DNA of 64,000 nucleotides from an uncultured virus (IMG/VR IMGVR_UViG_3300030103_000980) (Duplodnaviria; Heunggongvirae; Uroviricota; Caudoviricetes), in the IMG/VR virus record IMGVR_UViG_3300030103_000980; one strand, 5' to 3'. The translations under genes and the position numbers were made by a program. This document shows, piece after piece, positions 17,105 to 24,888 of this stretch (the first letter of the stretch is position 1; every line of letters begins with the position of its first letter). Under the pieces are notes generated by a model. The model was given only the letters and a program-made list of their open reading frames with translations, was not told the DNA's origin and searched no databases.

Positions 17105-17606
17105 CAGATATTTCTCCCTCGATAAAAGCGTGTGGATAAGATTTCCGCAGTTCTGCCAGACGTGCGACTATATCCTGTTTAGTCATGCTGTCCAACTGGT
17201 GGACGTGTTGCTGTTCTCGCCTGTCAATAGTCAGGCCACCCAAAGCGGAACGAATTTTTTCAGCATTGATTGCAGCAGAATATTGCCCAGCCTCTTCCGC
17301 TCCTCTGGACAATTCATCCAGACGTTTAAGCTGGTGCATCAGGGTCACGCCATATCTGCGTTCAGCCGCCTGTCTCAATTCTTTTATAAGTTCAACAACG
17401 TCAGGAAAGTCTCTGCCGTTCAGAAGTTTGGATGCCATAGTGATAGAAGACTTGTCAGAGTAGCCAGCCATTCTTGCACACTCAGCGTTGCTATGTCTGC
17501 CCTCGACGTAATACTTGGCAAAAGTCTTCTGGCGTTCCGTCAATCCTGCTGGCCTACCAACTTTGCCTATAGTGTTTTCTGTGGGTTTTTCTTTTTTAAT
17601 TTTCAT
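17019..17606 (-). CDS. terS: Terminase small subunit
   Basis: LTERQKTFAKYYV...AECARMAGYS...ASKLL Terminase_2-type HTH. Confidence 0.88.
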   Translation of the reverse strand: MKIKKEKPTENTIGKVGRPAGLTERQKTFAKYYVEGRHSNAECARMAGYSDKSSITMASKLLNGRDFPDVVELIKELRQAAERRYGVTLMHQLKRLDELSRGAEEAGQYSAAINAEKIRSALGGLTIDRREQQHVHQLDSMTKQDIVARLAELRKSYPHAFIEGEISDAKIIENREEPLAITEETSAEKDTLPTD

Positions 17607-17630
17607 TTTTCGTCTCGCGTTCCCTTTATA

Positions 17631-17752
17631 AGTGTCTTAGTGTCTTGTAAGTGTCTTGTCTGTAACCGTTGTTGTGCAAGGGTTAAGACACTTAAGACAC
17701 TTAAGACACCACTTTTCAAAAATTTTTTCAAAAAATTAAAAGGCAGAAAAAA
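17631..17752. repeat. Inverted iteron arrays plus A/T tracts
   Basis: AGTGTCTT x3 (17631, 17639, 17650) facing TTAAGACAC x3 tandem (17683-17709), then A/T runs. Confidence 0.85.
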
Positions 17753-17777
17753 CATTATAGTCAGATGCATTTTGTTG

Positions 17778-17805
17778 TTGACTATCCCATGTTATCCTAT
17801 AGGAT
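17778..17805 (+). promoter_or_regulatory. Sigma70-like promoter of the early/replication operon
   Basis: TTGACT-N16-TAGGAT with ATCCCAT/ATCCTAT repeats in the spacer. Confidence 0.55.
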
Positions 17806-17845
17806 TAGATATGAAGTTATCTCAGTATATCGGAGGACAAGTGAT

Positions 17846-18103
17846 ATGACAACAGAAGCACAGAAAATACAGGACATAGGTTCGTGGATCGAGGACGGTG
17901 ATTTTAAGTTCATCAACGAAGGTTCAATCGTTTTGGTTCAGCCTATGAATGATGATGCGGCTGATTGGTTGGAAGAAGAATCAAGAGCGGCATTCAATGC
18001 TGGTATAGACTGGCAATTTTTTGGACGGTCTTTGGTCATCGAACCAAGGTACATTGATAACATTTTATGCCTTCTGAATGACGAAGGCTGGAGGGTAAGC
18101 TAA
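17846..18103 (+). CDS. Early hypothetical protein
   Basis: GGAGG RBS; NEGSIVLVQP...EPRY. Confidence 0.75.
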   Translation: MTTEAQKIQDIGSWIEDGDFKFINEGSIVLVQPMNDDAADWLEEESRAAFNAGIDWQFFGRSLVIEPRYIDNILCLLNDEGWRVS

Positions 18104-18549
18104 TGGGTACAAGAGCGATATATTTTTTCGAGGAACGTTTGGCCGATGATTGCTACTACGGTGTCTACAAACATTATGACGGATACCCACAGGGTGCGGC
18201 TGCACACATTGAGAGGGCCAAAGAGTATGCTTGGCCTGTGCCAAGGTGGGAAGCTGATGAATTTGCGGCAGCGTTTGTTGCCGCAAACAAGAACCCCAAG
18301 GGTGGCGAGGTTCGACTGCTTCCAAACTTTGAACACACATCAATTCCTATGATGATGGAAGAAAACACATGCTGCGACTACTACTACATCATCAGTTGGG
18401 ATGACTACGACAGGGAAATGTTTGTGACAATTTTTGAAAGTCGCTATGACGAAAAACTAGAAACGCAATACTGGCATGAGACTGCCAGCATGAGGCACAG
18501 TGAAATGCTACGGGCATATCCCGTACCTTATAGTGCGGAGGCAAGCTGA
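18103..18549 (+). CDS. Early hypothetical protein with YxHxDGYP motif
   Basis: MGTRA...YKHYDGYP; TAATG coupling. Confidence 0.8.
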   Translation: MGTRAIYFFEERLADDCYYGVYKHYDGYPQGAAAHIERAKEYAWPVPRWEADEFAAAFVAANKNPKGGEVRLLPNFEHTSIPMMMEENTCCDYYYIISWDDYDREMFVTIFESRYDEKLETQYWHETASMRHSEMLRAYPVPYSAEAS

Positions 18550-18707
18550 TGCAGTTACTTTTACCTTTGGATCATGAGCCTTGTCTTAATCATCAAGCAA
18601 AGCTGATGGCAGATGAAATGGTTGCGTCAGGAGATTGCTTGAATTGGGATCATGCCTATGAATGTGCATGGAACGTAATTGAGGACGAAATAAAATGGGC
18701 AAGTTAA
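18549..18707 (+). CDS. Small early protein (52 aa)
   Basis: TGATG coupling; hand-translated, NWDHAYECAW. Confidence 0.65.
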   Translation: MQLLLPLDHEPCLNHQAKLMADEMVASGDCLNWDHAYECAWNVIEDEIKWAS

Positions 18708-19000
18708 AACAGTTGATGATTGAAGAAATGGATATGGCGAACGAACATGGTGACCTGATGGGTGATGGCATCATGTTCACTACCCACCCGACTGACCATA
18801 TCAAGTGGGGTGATCTAAAAATGTTTATCGACAGATTGGAAAAGTATTACGAACTGATGGATCGTGAGATTATTGCAATCAAAAGCTATCACAATGCTGG
18901 CTGGGATTTTATGTCGAACAGCCAAGAGAAGCCGCCAGAGAATGGCATCGAGATTCAGTGGAAGGAAAAAGACACAGAATGGAAAGGAATGTGGATATGA
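18695..19000 (+). CDS. Early hypothetical protein
   Basis: 101 aa, GAGG upstream. Confidence 0.7.
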   Translation: MGKLKQLMIEEMDMANEHGDLMGDGIMFTTHPTDHIKWGDLKMFIDRLEKYYELMDREIIAIKSYHNAGWDFMSNSQEKPPENGIEIQWKEKDTEWKGMWI

Positions 19001-19176
19001 GTGATATAATATCTTTTGACTTTACGCTGGACAATATTCTCAGCGTTAAAGCACCGAAGGACACGGATCCAGATACACTGCACGAGGCAGTGAGGGACAA
19101 GTTAATCACATTAATTCAAGGCAAGCATGAATGCTTCATGTTTGAAGGCACGTTTGAGGAGGACAGCAATGACTGA
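18997..19176 (+). CDS. Small early protein
   Basis: ATGA overlap with upstream stop. Confidence 0.7.
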   Translation: MSDIISFDFTLDNILSVKAPKDTDPDTLHEAVRDKLITLIQGKHECFMFEGTFEEDSND

Positions 19177-19294
19177 TGGGTACACCTATAAAGAAGAAAA
19201 CTGCGAATGCGGTTTAACTGAAGACGGTGTCTGGAGTGACGAAGTTTTTGACCGCTTTGGATGCACTTGTGATGAGGAGGACAGCAATGACTGA
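19169..19294 (+). CDS. 41-aa Cys-containing mini-gene flanked by 22-nt direct repeats
   Basis: GAGGAGG RBS; MTDGYTYKEENCECG...GCTCDEEDSND. Confidence 0.65.
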   Translation: MTDGYTYKEENCECGLTEDGVWSDEVFDRFGCTCDEEDSND

Positions 19295-19565
19295 AGTTGA
19301 AAAATCATTTGAGCGCATACAGCGTAGGCGTATGCCGTTGCACATGGTCGCTGAATCATGGGGCGGTGGCTATGACCTACGGGACACAGAACTGTGCGTG
19401 TTTTATTTTGGTGACGGGCAGTTTGTTTTGCGCCCGAAGACAATCAGGACAGGAGACTTGGAGCAAGAATGCACAGCCATTCACATGGGTGGAGGTTTCG
19501 ACAAAATATTCGTGGTGTTGGAAGACATCGAAACAATCAACGAATTTTTATTTGGAGTGTACTAA
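19287..19565 (+). CDS. Early hypothetical protein
   Basis: GAGGAGG RBS before ATG 19287. Confidence 0.7.
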   Translation: MTEVEKSFERIQRRRMPLHMVAESWGGGYDLRDTELCVFYFGDGQFVLRPKTIRTGDLEQECTAIHMGGGFDKIFVVLEDIETINEFLFGVY

Positions 19566-19972
19566 TGCCTAGAGTAATTATTTCATGGGAATGGGAAGAT
19601 GCCTTCTCAAAGTTCGGGTTCGGTGACGGTGATGGCTGGAACGGAACGCATGAGGTCGAGGGTGAGATTGAAAGCCTTGGCTATGAGGTCGTGACGGACA
19701 CATGGGGCTGTCACAACTACATGATCTTTGACATCAAGAAGGACGGCAAGTCCATCCTGTTTCCAGAAGACAAAGAACATGGACACAATCTGGATGACTG
19801 GTTGCCAGAGGTAGAACAAAGGATCGGGGATCGAGATGCGTCAGCAAAAGACCCCAGACGCAGGTCGCTTGAACCGTTGGGCTATGAAGAGCCACGCCTG
19901 TATCTACCAGACGACATTATCAAACATCTGGACAGTGTCTTTACGGACGACTGGGAAGAGCCGTATGACTGA
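19565..19972 (+). CDS. Early hypothetical protein (acidic)
   Basis: TAATG coupling, GGAG RBS; WEDAFSKFGFGDGDG. Confidence 0.75.
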   Translation: MPRVIISWEWEDAFSKFGFGDGDGWNGTHEVEGEIESLGYEVVTDTWGCHNYMIFDIKKDGKSILFPEDKEHGHNLDDWLPEVEQRIGDRDASAKDPRRRSLEPLGYEEPRLYLPDDIIKHLDSVFTDDWEEPYD

Positions 19973-20147
19973 TTATCATTGCACAGAGTGTGCCGCCCAG
20001 GCGATAGTAGTAGAGCAGGGGCGGTACTACTGCCCCAAGTGTTGGTTTAAACTGTTTACGAAAGTGTATGATAATGACAAAATTAAAGACCGTGAGTTCG
20101 GGGTCAAAGAAAAATCAAAGGTACTACAGGGTCGGGCTGGTCGTTGA
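19965..20147 (+). CDS. Small zinc-ribbon protein
   Basis: CTEC...CPKC. Confidence 0.55.
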   Translation: MTDYHCTECAAQAIVVEQGRYYCPKCWFKLFTKVYDNDKIKDREFGVKEKSKVLQGRAGR

Positions 20148-20298
20148 GTTCTACAAAGACCAGTTCGTCAAGGCCGTGGACGCAGAAGAAGCCAAAGAAT
20201 TAGCAGAGAACAGGTTGCGTAGGCGCACAGGTTTGATGAATAGTCTGGGTTTTTCAATAGGTGATCTTGAGATTATAGACGTGGAAGAAAAACAATGA
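20068..20298 (+). CDS. Small hypothetical protein
   Basis: VKAVDAEEAKELA motif; ATGA coupling to next gene. Confidence 0.65.
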   Translation: MIMTKLKTVSSGSKKNQRYYRVGLVVEFYKDQFVKAVDAEEAKELAENRLRRRTGLMNSLGFSIGDLEIIDVEEKQ

Positions 20299-20555
20299 AG
20301 AACAAGCAGGATGAAAAGCTAGGCGAAGCAGCCGCAGAAATTGTGAGCGACACCGTTCATACTTTGAATGAACTGGGTATCGATCAGGACTATGCCGCCT
20401 ATTTATTACTGTCCGCAGGCATGGGGTTGGCAATCATGGGTAATCGTAAAAGTCCTATTGTTACTACCCAGCTACTAGCATCAGCGATGATGGTTGCCAA
20501 TCAACAGATCATGCACATGGAGGATGATGACGATGACAAACCTAAATACCACTGA
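20295..20555 (+). CDS. Small hypothetical protein
   Basis: 86 aa, coupled start. Confidence 0.7.
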   Translation: MKNKQDEKLGEAAAEIVSDTVHTLNELGIDQDYAAYLLLSAGMGLAIMGNRKSPIVTTQLLASAMMVANQQIMHMEDDDDDKPKYH

Positions 20556-20904
20556 GCCGCAGTTTGCACTGCCTTCAAGTAATTGCCCAAGATGCTCAAG
20601 CAATTTATCGTTGAACAAAGCGACAGGTGATGTAGCTTGCAGTGTATGCGGCCTTGAAATTATTGACAGTTGGATGATATCTGATAGGATATCAGACAGT
20701 AACGAGGAGTCCGATATGGAAACACATTTGTTACCTGACGAAGCTACTATCGCGGCTAAAGAACCGAGGATGAAGTGGCAAGAAGCGGTGACCACCATTG
20801 ATAAAGTCATAGAAGATTGGCTGGACGCACAGTTTGTTGGTGACGTGGGTGGTGAAGTAGAAACTAACATCCGTGCCGCATGGCATAGAATTTTGCAGGG
20901 CTGA
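20533..20904 (+). CDS. Zinc-ribbon protein with in-frame internal start at 20716
   Basis: CPRC...CSVC; GAGGAG precedes ATG 20716. Confidence 0.65.
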   Translation: MTNLNTTEPQFALPSSNCPRCSSNLSLNKATGDVACSVCGLEIIDSWMISDRISDSNEESDMETHLLPDEATIAAKEPRMKWQEAVTTIDKVIEDWLDAQFVGDVGGEVETNIRAAWHRILQG

Positions 20905-20906
20905 TT

Positions 20907-21143
20907 ATGACAGATGACAATGTAGTTTATCTACACAGCAAACTTGTCTTTAAAAAAGACCCCGTACCTACAGTCTGTGAAGTGGCAGGGCAGATGTTGA
21001 AGGACGTGGTTATTTTGGGGGAAGCGGAAGACGGCACTGTAAAGATGATGACAACACAGCCCGATCCCGCTGAATTATTATTCTATCTAGAGTCTGCCAA
21101 GTTCGCCATCATGTCAGGTGGTATGGATGAAGATGAGGATTAG
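20907..21143 (+). CDS. Small hypothetical protein
   Basis: 78 aa directly upstream of the helicase. Confidence 0.7.
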   Translation: MTDDNVVYLHSKLVFKKDPVPTVCEVAGQMLKDVVILGEAEDGTVKMMTTQPDPAELLFYLESAKFAIMSGGMDEDED

Positions 21144-22601
21144 ATGTTCAGGTACAAGACGAAACCATATGAGCACCAGAAGGTTGCCCTTGAGAAGTCG
21201 TACGACAAAAAGAACTTTGGATACTTCATGGAGATGGGGTGCGGCAAGTCAAAGGTCTTGCTCGACAACATCACATGGTTATACGACAACAAACTTATCG
21301 ACACAGCAGTTATTGTTGCCCCGAAGGGTGTGTATAGAAACTGGGAGGTATCAGAAATACCGACTCATCTTCCAGAAGACATTCAACCCGAAGTTTATGT
21401 ATGGAGTGCGAACCCGAACAAGGGTCAACGTGAAAGATTGTCGGAGGGTGTTAATAAGACACGGACTCTTCGCATACTGCTCGTCAATGTCGAAGCATTT
21501 GGAGCGTCGAAGAAGGTTCTTCAATATCTGGAACACTTTGTACGCGACTCGACTTTCCTACTTGCGGTCGATGAAAGCACAACTATTAAGAACCCCAAGG
21601 CCAAGCGGACTAAAGCTCTGGTTAAGATTGGTCAGAGTGCAACGTACAAACGCATCCTTACAGGGTCGCCCGTTACGAAATCGCCTATGGATTTGTATGC
21701 ACAGTGTGGATTCATGGACAAGGACTTGCTGGGATTCGACAGCTACTATTCGTTCCAAGGACGCTACGCTATTACAAGGACTCAACGCATGGGTTCGCAC
21801 AGCTTTCAACAGATTGTGGGCTACCGTAACTTAGCTGAACTGAGCGACAAGTTGGACAGATTTTCTTTCAGGGTTACGAAAGAAGAAGCACTGGATTTAC
21901 CGGACAAGATCTACACTGTTCGTGAGGTCGGGGTGACCGATGAACAGTTGAAGTATTATCAGTCAATCAAGACAGCAGCTATGGCGTTGCTTGACGACGG
22001 TGAACTGGTATCTGCGCCAGCGATCATGACACAGCTATTGCGATTACAGCAGGTGCTGTGTGGTCATGTCATGACAGACGATGGTGACCTTGTAGAGTTT
22101 CCAACCAAGCGTATGGATGCTTTGCTTGGTACGTTGGAAGAAATGTCAGGTAAGGTAATTATCTGGTCACGATTCAGGTACGACATACGAAAGATAACCG
22201 TGATGCTGGAGTCAAAGTATGGGCCAGGATCTACGGTCAGCTACTTCGGTGACACGTCTGATGACGACAGGCAAGCAGCGATACAGGCGTTCCAGTTTGG
22301 AGATGCAAGGTTCTTCGTTGCCAACCCACAGACGGCAGGCTATGGCCTGACACTGACGGCTGCAACCAATGTGATCTACTATGCCAATGACTTCAATCTT
22401 GAGACACGGGTTCAGTCTGAGGATCGTGCTCATCGGATTGGTCAGCATCATCCGGTGACATACGTTGACCTGATGACAAAGGGCACGGTTGATGTTCACA
22501 TTGTAAAGACTCTTCGGAATAAGATTGATCTATCAGCGAAGACGTTGGGTGAAGAAGCCCGTCAATGGTTGGAACTTGACCCCCGTCGAAGTGTCGGTTA
22601 G
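21144..22601 (+). CDS. SNF2-family helicase
   Basis: PYEHQ, MEMGCGKS, VDESTTIKN, LTGSP, GYGLTL, QSEDRAHRIGQ. Confidence 0.95.
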   Translation: MFRYKTKPYEHQKVALEKSYDKKNFGYFMEMGCGKSKVLLDNITWLYDNKLIDTAVIVAPKGVYRNWEVSEIPTHLPEDIQPEVYVWSANPNKGQRERLSEGVNKTRTLRILLVNVEAFGASKKVLQYLEHFVRDSTFLLAVDESTTIKNPKAKRTKALVKIGQSATYKRILTGSPVTKSPMDLYAQCGFMDKDLLGFDSYYSFQGRYAITRTQRMGSHSFQQIVGYRNLAELSDKLDRFSFRVTKEEALDLPDKIYTVREVGVTDEQLKYYQSIKTAAMALLDDGELVSAPAIMTQLLRLQQVLCGHVMTDDGDLVEFPTKRMDALLGTLEEMSGKVIIWSRFRYDIRKITVMLESKYGPGSTVSYFGDTSDDDRQAAIQAFQFGDARFFVANPQTAGYGLTLTAATNVIYYANDFNLETRVQSEDRAHRIGQHHPVTYVDLMTKGTVDVHIVKTLRNKIDLSAKTLGEEARQWLELDPRRSVG

Positions 22602-22944
22602 ATGCCTGTTGTTCTGCATATTTCACAGCGTGGTTCTGTGGTGAATGGGATAGCTGGTACGGGTACAAGGCACAGGACCCAGTTTCAAGGTCCACATACA
22701 GAAGACGGACACCCAGTTTCTTTTGGATGTCCGACAACAGACGAGAGATTATTGAGCCGTTCTTTCTACGGCCTACAGTCTTCACGTCAAACAACAACAA
22801 TTCACCCTTCGGGGTGAGGGCGATGAGGTCTATCGGGCCTTGTTCAATAAACGGAGTGTAGACATAACAGTTCTGGGACATCAACCAAGAAGCTGCAATG
22901 AGTTCAGATCTTTTACCATCACGAACCTGATGTGCTGGTCTCAT
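22393..22944 (-). CDS. PD-(D/E)XK endonuclease-like protein (antisense, overlaps SNF2 3' end)
   Basis: GKRSEL...PIDLIA...LLFDVKT. Confidence 0.7.
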   Translation of the reverse strand: MRPAHQVRDGKRSELIAASWLMSQNCYVYTPFIEQGPIDLIALTPKGELLLFDVKTVGRRKNGSIISRLLSDIQKKLGVRLLYVDLETGSCALYPYQLSHSPQNHAVKYAEQQASNRHFDGGQVPTIDGLLHPTSSLIDQSYSEESLQCEHQPCPLSSGQRMSPDDADQSDEHDPQTEPVSQD

Positions 22945-23015
22945 TTTTTTCTTGACCCCCCGATCAATTATGATGTACGCTATGACGGTAACACAGTATT
23001 TTGAAGGTTGCAAAC

Positions 23016-23159
23016 ATGGACACCACTAAATGGAAATCAATCGCGGTTGAGGTACAGATATATGAGTACCTAAAGAAACGCGCACAACAGAACGACAGAA
23101 GTGTGAGCAAAGAATTGACACACATACTGAAGGAAAAACGTGCACAAGAAGCCGCTTGA
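23016..23159 (+). CDS. Arc/ribbon-helix-helix DNA-binding protein (47 aa)
   Basis: Hand-translated KWKSIAV...YEYLKKRAQQNDRSVSKEL. Confidence 0.7.
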   Translation: MDTTKWKSIAVEVQIYEYLKKRAQQNDRSVSKELTHILKEKRAQEAA

Positions 23160-23242
23160 CATACCCAAGGAGAGTGGGTTAAGACTCTCCACCACACCCG
23201 AAGGGGTTAAACTTTAACGTAGAAAGTACAGGAGAATGTACG

Positions 23243-23806
23243 ATGAGCGATGTGTTTTCGCTATTTGATGAGGAAGTCGATGCCTCTAAGTTCGACAAGG
23301 TGAATGATGAGAAGGGCAAGACTTTGTCCGATCTCATCCGCCAGTCTATGAAGATCGATGAAGAGGTTGCACAAGCAGAGCAATATCTGAAGGATCTTAA
23401 ATTCAAGAAACGCAAAGTGAATGAAGAAGACATACCTAACCTGATGCAGGAGATGGGCATGGATTCTGTGACAGTCGATGGCAACAAGGTTGCTTTGCGA
23501 CAGTTCGTTCATGCGCGTATTCCAGAAGAGAAAAAGGAAGAAGCATATAACTGGCTTCGTTCCATTGGTGAAGGTGACATCATCAAGAATGATGTCGTCG
23601 TGTCCTTCGGTTCTGGTCAGGACAACATGGCAGGGGCTGTCGTAGACGACCTCCGCAATCAGGGTCTTGAGCCAGCGCAGAAGACACACGTCCACCCACA
23701 GACGTTAAAAGCGTGGGTCAAAGGACGCATCGAGGCAGGTAAGGATATCGACTTCGATACCTTCGGTGTGTACGTCGGAACTGAAGCTAAAATATCAAGG
23801 AGCTAA
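23243..23806 (+). CDS. Conserved replication-region protein
   Basis: AGGAG RBS; AYNWLR...GDIIKN...VHPQTLKAWVK. Confidence 0.85.
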   Translation: MSDVFSLFDEEVDASKFDKVNDEKGKTLSDLIRQSMKIDEEVAQAEQYLKDLKFKKRKVNEEDIPNLMQEMGMDSVTVDGNKVALRQFVHARIPEEKKEEAYNWLRSIGEGDIIKNDVVVSFGSGQDNMAGAVVDDLRNQGLEPAQKTHVHPQTLKAWVKGRIEAGKDIDFDTFGVYVGTEAKISRS

Positions 23807-23808
23807 AG

Positions 23809-24015
23809 ATGGCTGAAGCAGTCAAAGACATTTCTGAAACTCACGACTATGTTTACACAGTTGAACTAGCCGTTCAGTTTCACATAGTTGCAAATGAAAA
23901 AGCTGACGATTGGAAGCAGGATATTCGACAGCAATTTAAAGAACGATTGATTGAACGTGTAGAACAAGATGACCTTCCGTTCACAATTGTCGATCAAAAT
24001 TATCACCCGAAGTGA
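23809..24015 (+). CDS. 68-aa gene flanked by 24-nt direct repeats
   Basis: AGGAG RBS; same first codons as the downstream gene. Confidence 0.7.
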   Translation: MAEAVKDISETHDYVYTVELAVQFHIVANEKADDWKQDIRQQFKERLIERVEQDDLPFTIVDQNYHPK

Positions 24016-24025
24016 GGAGCTAAAG

Positions 24026-24823
24026 ATGGCTGAAGCAGCAGTAGTAAAAAAAGAAAGCACAGCAGTTGCTAACATCATGGACGATCTGTACGAAGCGGCA
24101 GGTCAGGGCATGGAAACCATTGGTGCAGATGATATGCAGATTCCGTTCTTGCGGATTCTCCAGCCTCTGTCACCGCAGTTAATAAAGAACGACCCGAAGT
24201 TTATCAAAGGCGCATCCGCTGGCGATATCTTCAACACCGTAACAGGTGAGTACTGGGAAGCTGATGAGGGTGTGGACGTACTGATGTGTGCGTACACCAC
24301 GAAGTTTCTGGAGTTCCAGTTGCGTGAGAACGGTGGTGGATTTATGGGTGAGTTGGATGCCAACAACCCAGACGTTCGCCAGACCAACCGTGTTGGTGCA
24401 AATGAAATGCTGCCGAACGGCAACGAACTTGTTCGCTCTGCACAGTTCCTTGTGCTTGCGTACAACGCTGACGGCATGACCACGCAAATGATCTGTGACA
24501 TGAAGAAGACACAGATGAAGATTGCGAAGCAGTGGAATACCCGTCGCGCTGGTCTGAAAATCATGCATCCAAGCAAGGGCCTGTTCAACCCACCTATGTG
24601 GGCTGTGCCGTGGAAGCTGACCTCAACCCAAGAGTCCAATGACAAAGGTTCGTGGTTCAACTATCAAGTGCAGCAGCTTGAGATGGAGTCCGTGCCGATG
24701 CCTGCATTGCAGGAAGCGCGTGACTTGTACAACTCATACCGTGCCGGAGAAATTAAGATGAGTACAGGTGAAGACAGTCAGACTGATACAGTCACGACTG
24801 ACGAAACAGACGTACCATTTTAA
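24026..24823 (+). CDS. Putative ssDNA-binding/annealing protein
   Basis: DMQIPFLRILQPLSPQ...NDKGSW; acidic tail ending DETDVPF. Confidence 0.65.
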   Translation: MAEAAVVKKESTAVANIMDDLYEAAGQGMETIGADDMQIPFLRILQPLSPQLIKNDPKFIKGASAGDIFNTVTGEYWEADEGVDVLMCAYTTKFLEFQLRENGGGFMGELDANNPDVRQTNRVGANEMLPNGNELVRSAQFLVLAYNADGMTTQMICDMKKTQMKIAKQWNTRRAGLKIMHPSKGLFNPPMWAVPWKLTSTQESNDKGSWFNYQVQQLEMESVPMPALQEARDLYNSYRAGEIKMSTGEDSQTDTVTTDETDVPF

Positions 24824-24888
24824 GCCAGTAGGGGGCGGGTGTTTTATTCCTTTCTTCCCGTCCCCACCCTCTCTGCCCGGAGTGAGTT

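Noticed and set aside
16653..17849. 398-aa plus-strand ORF
   Set aside because: Antisense shadow of terS and the nuclease, running through repeats; no recognisable motifs
23226..23241. GTACA-GGAGAA-TGTAC hairpin presenting the RBS in its loop
   Set aside because: Only a 5-bp stem, which could arise by chance
24826..24870. GC-rich hairpin upstream of the primase as a riboswitch or terminator
   Set aside because: Large loop, no downstream T-run and no recognisable family
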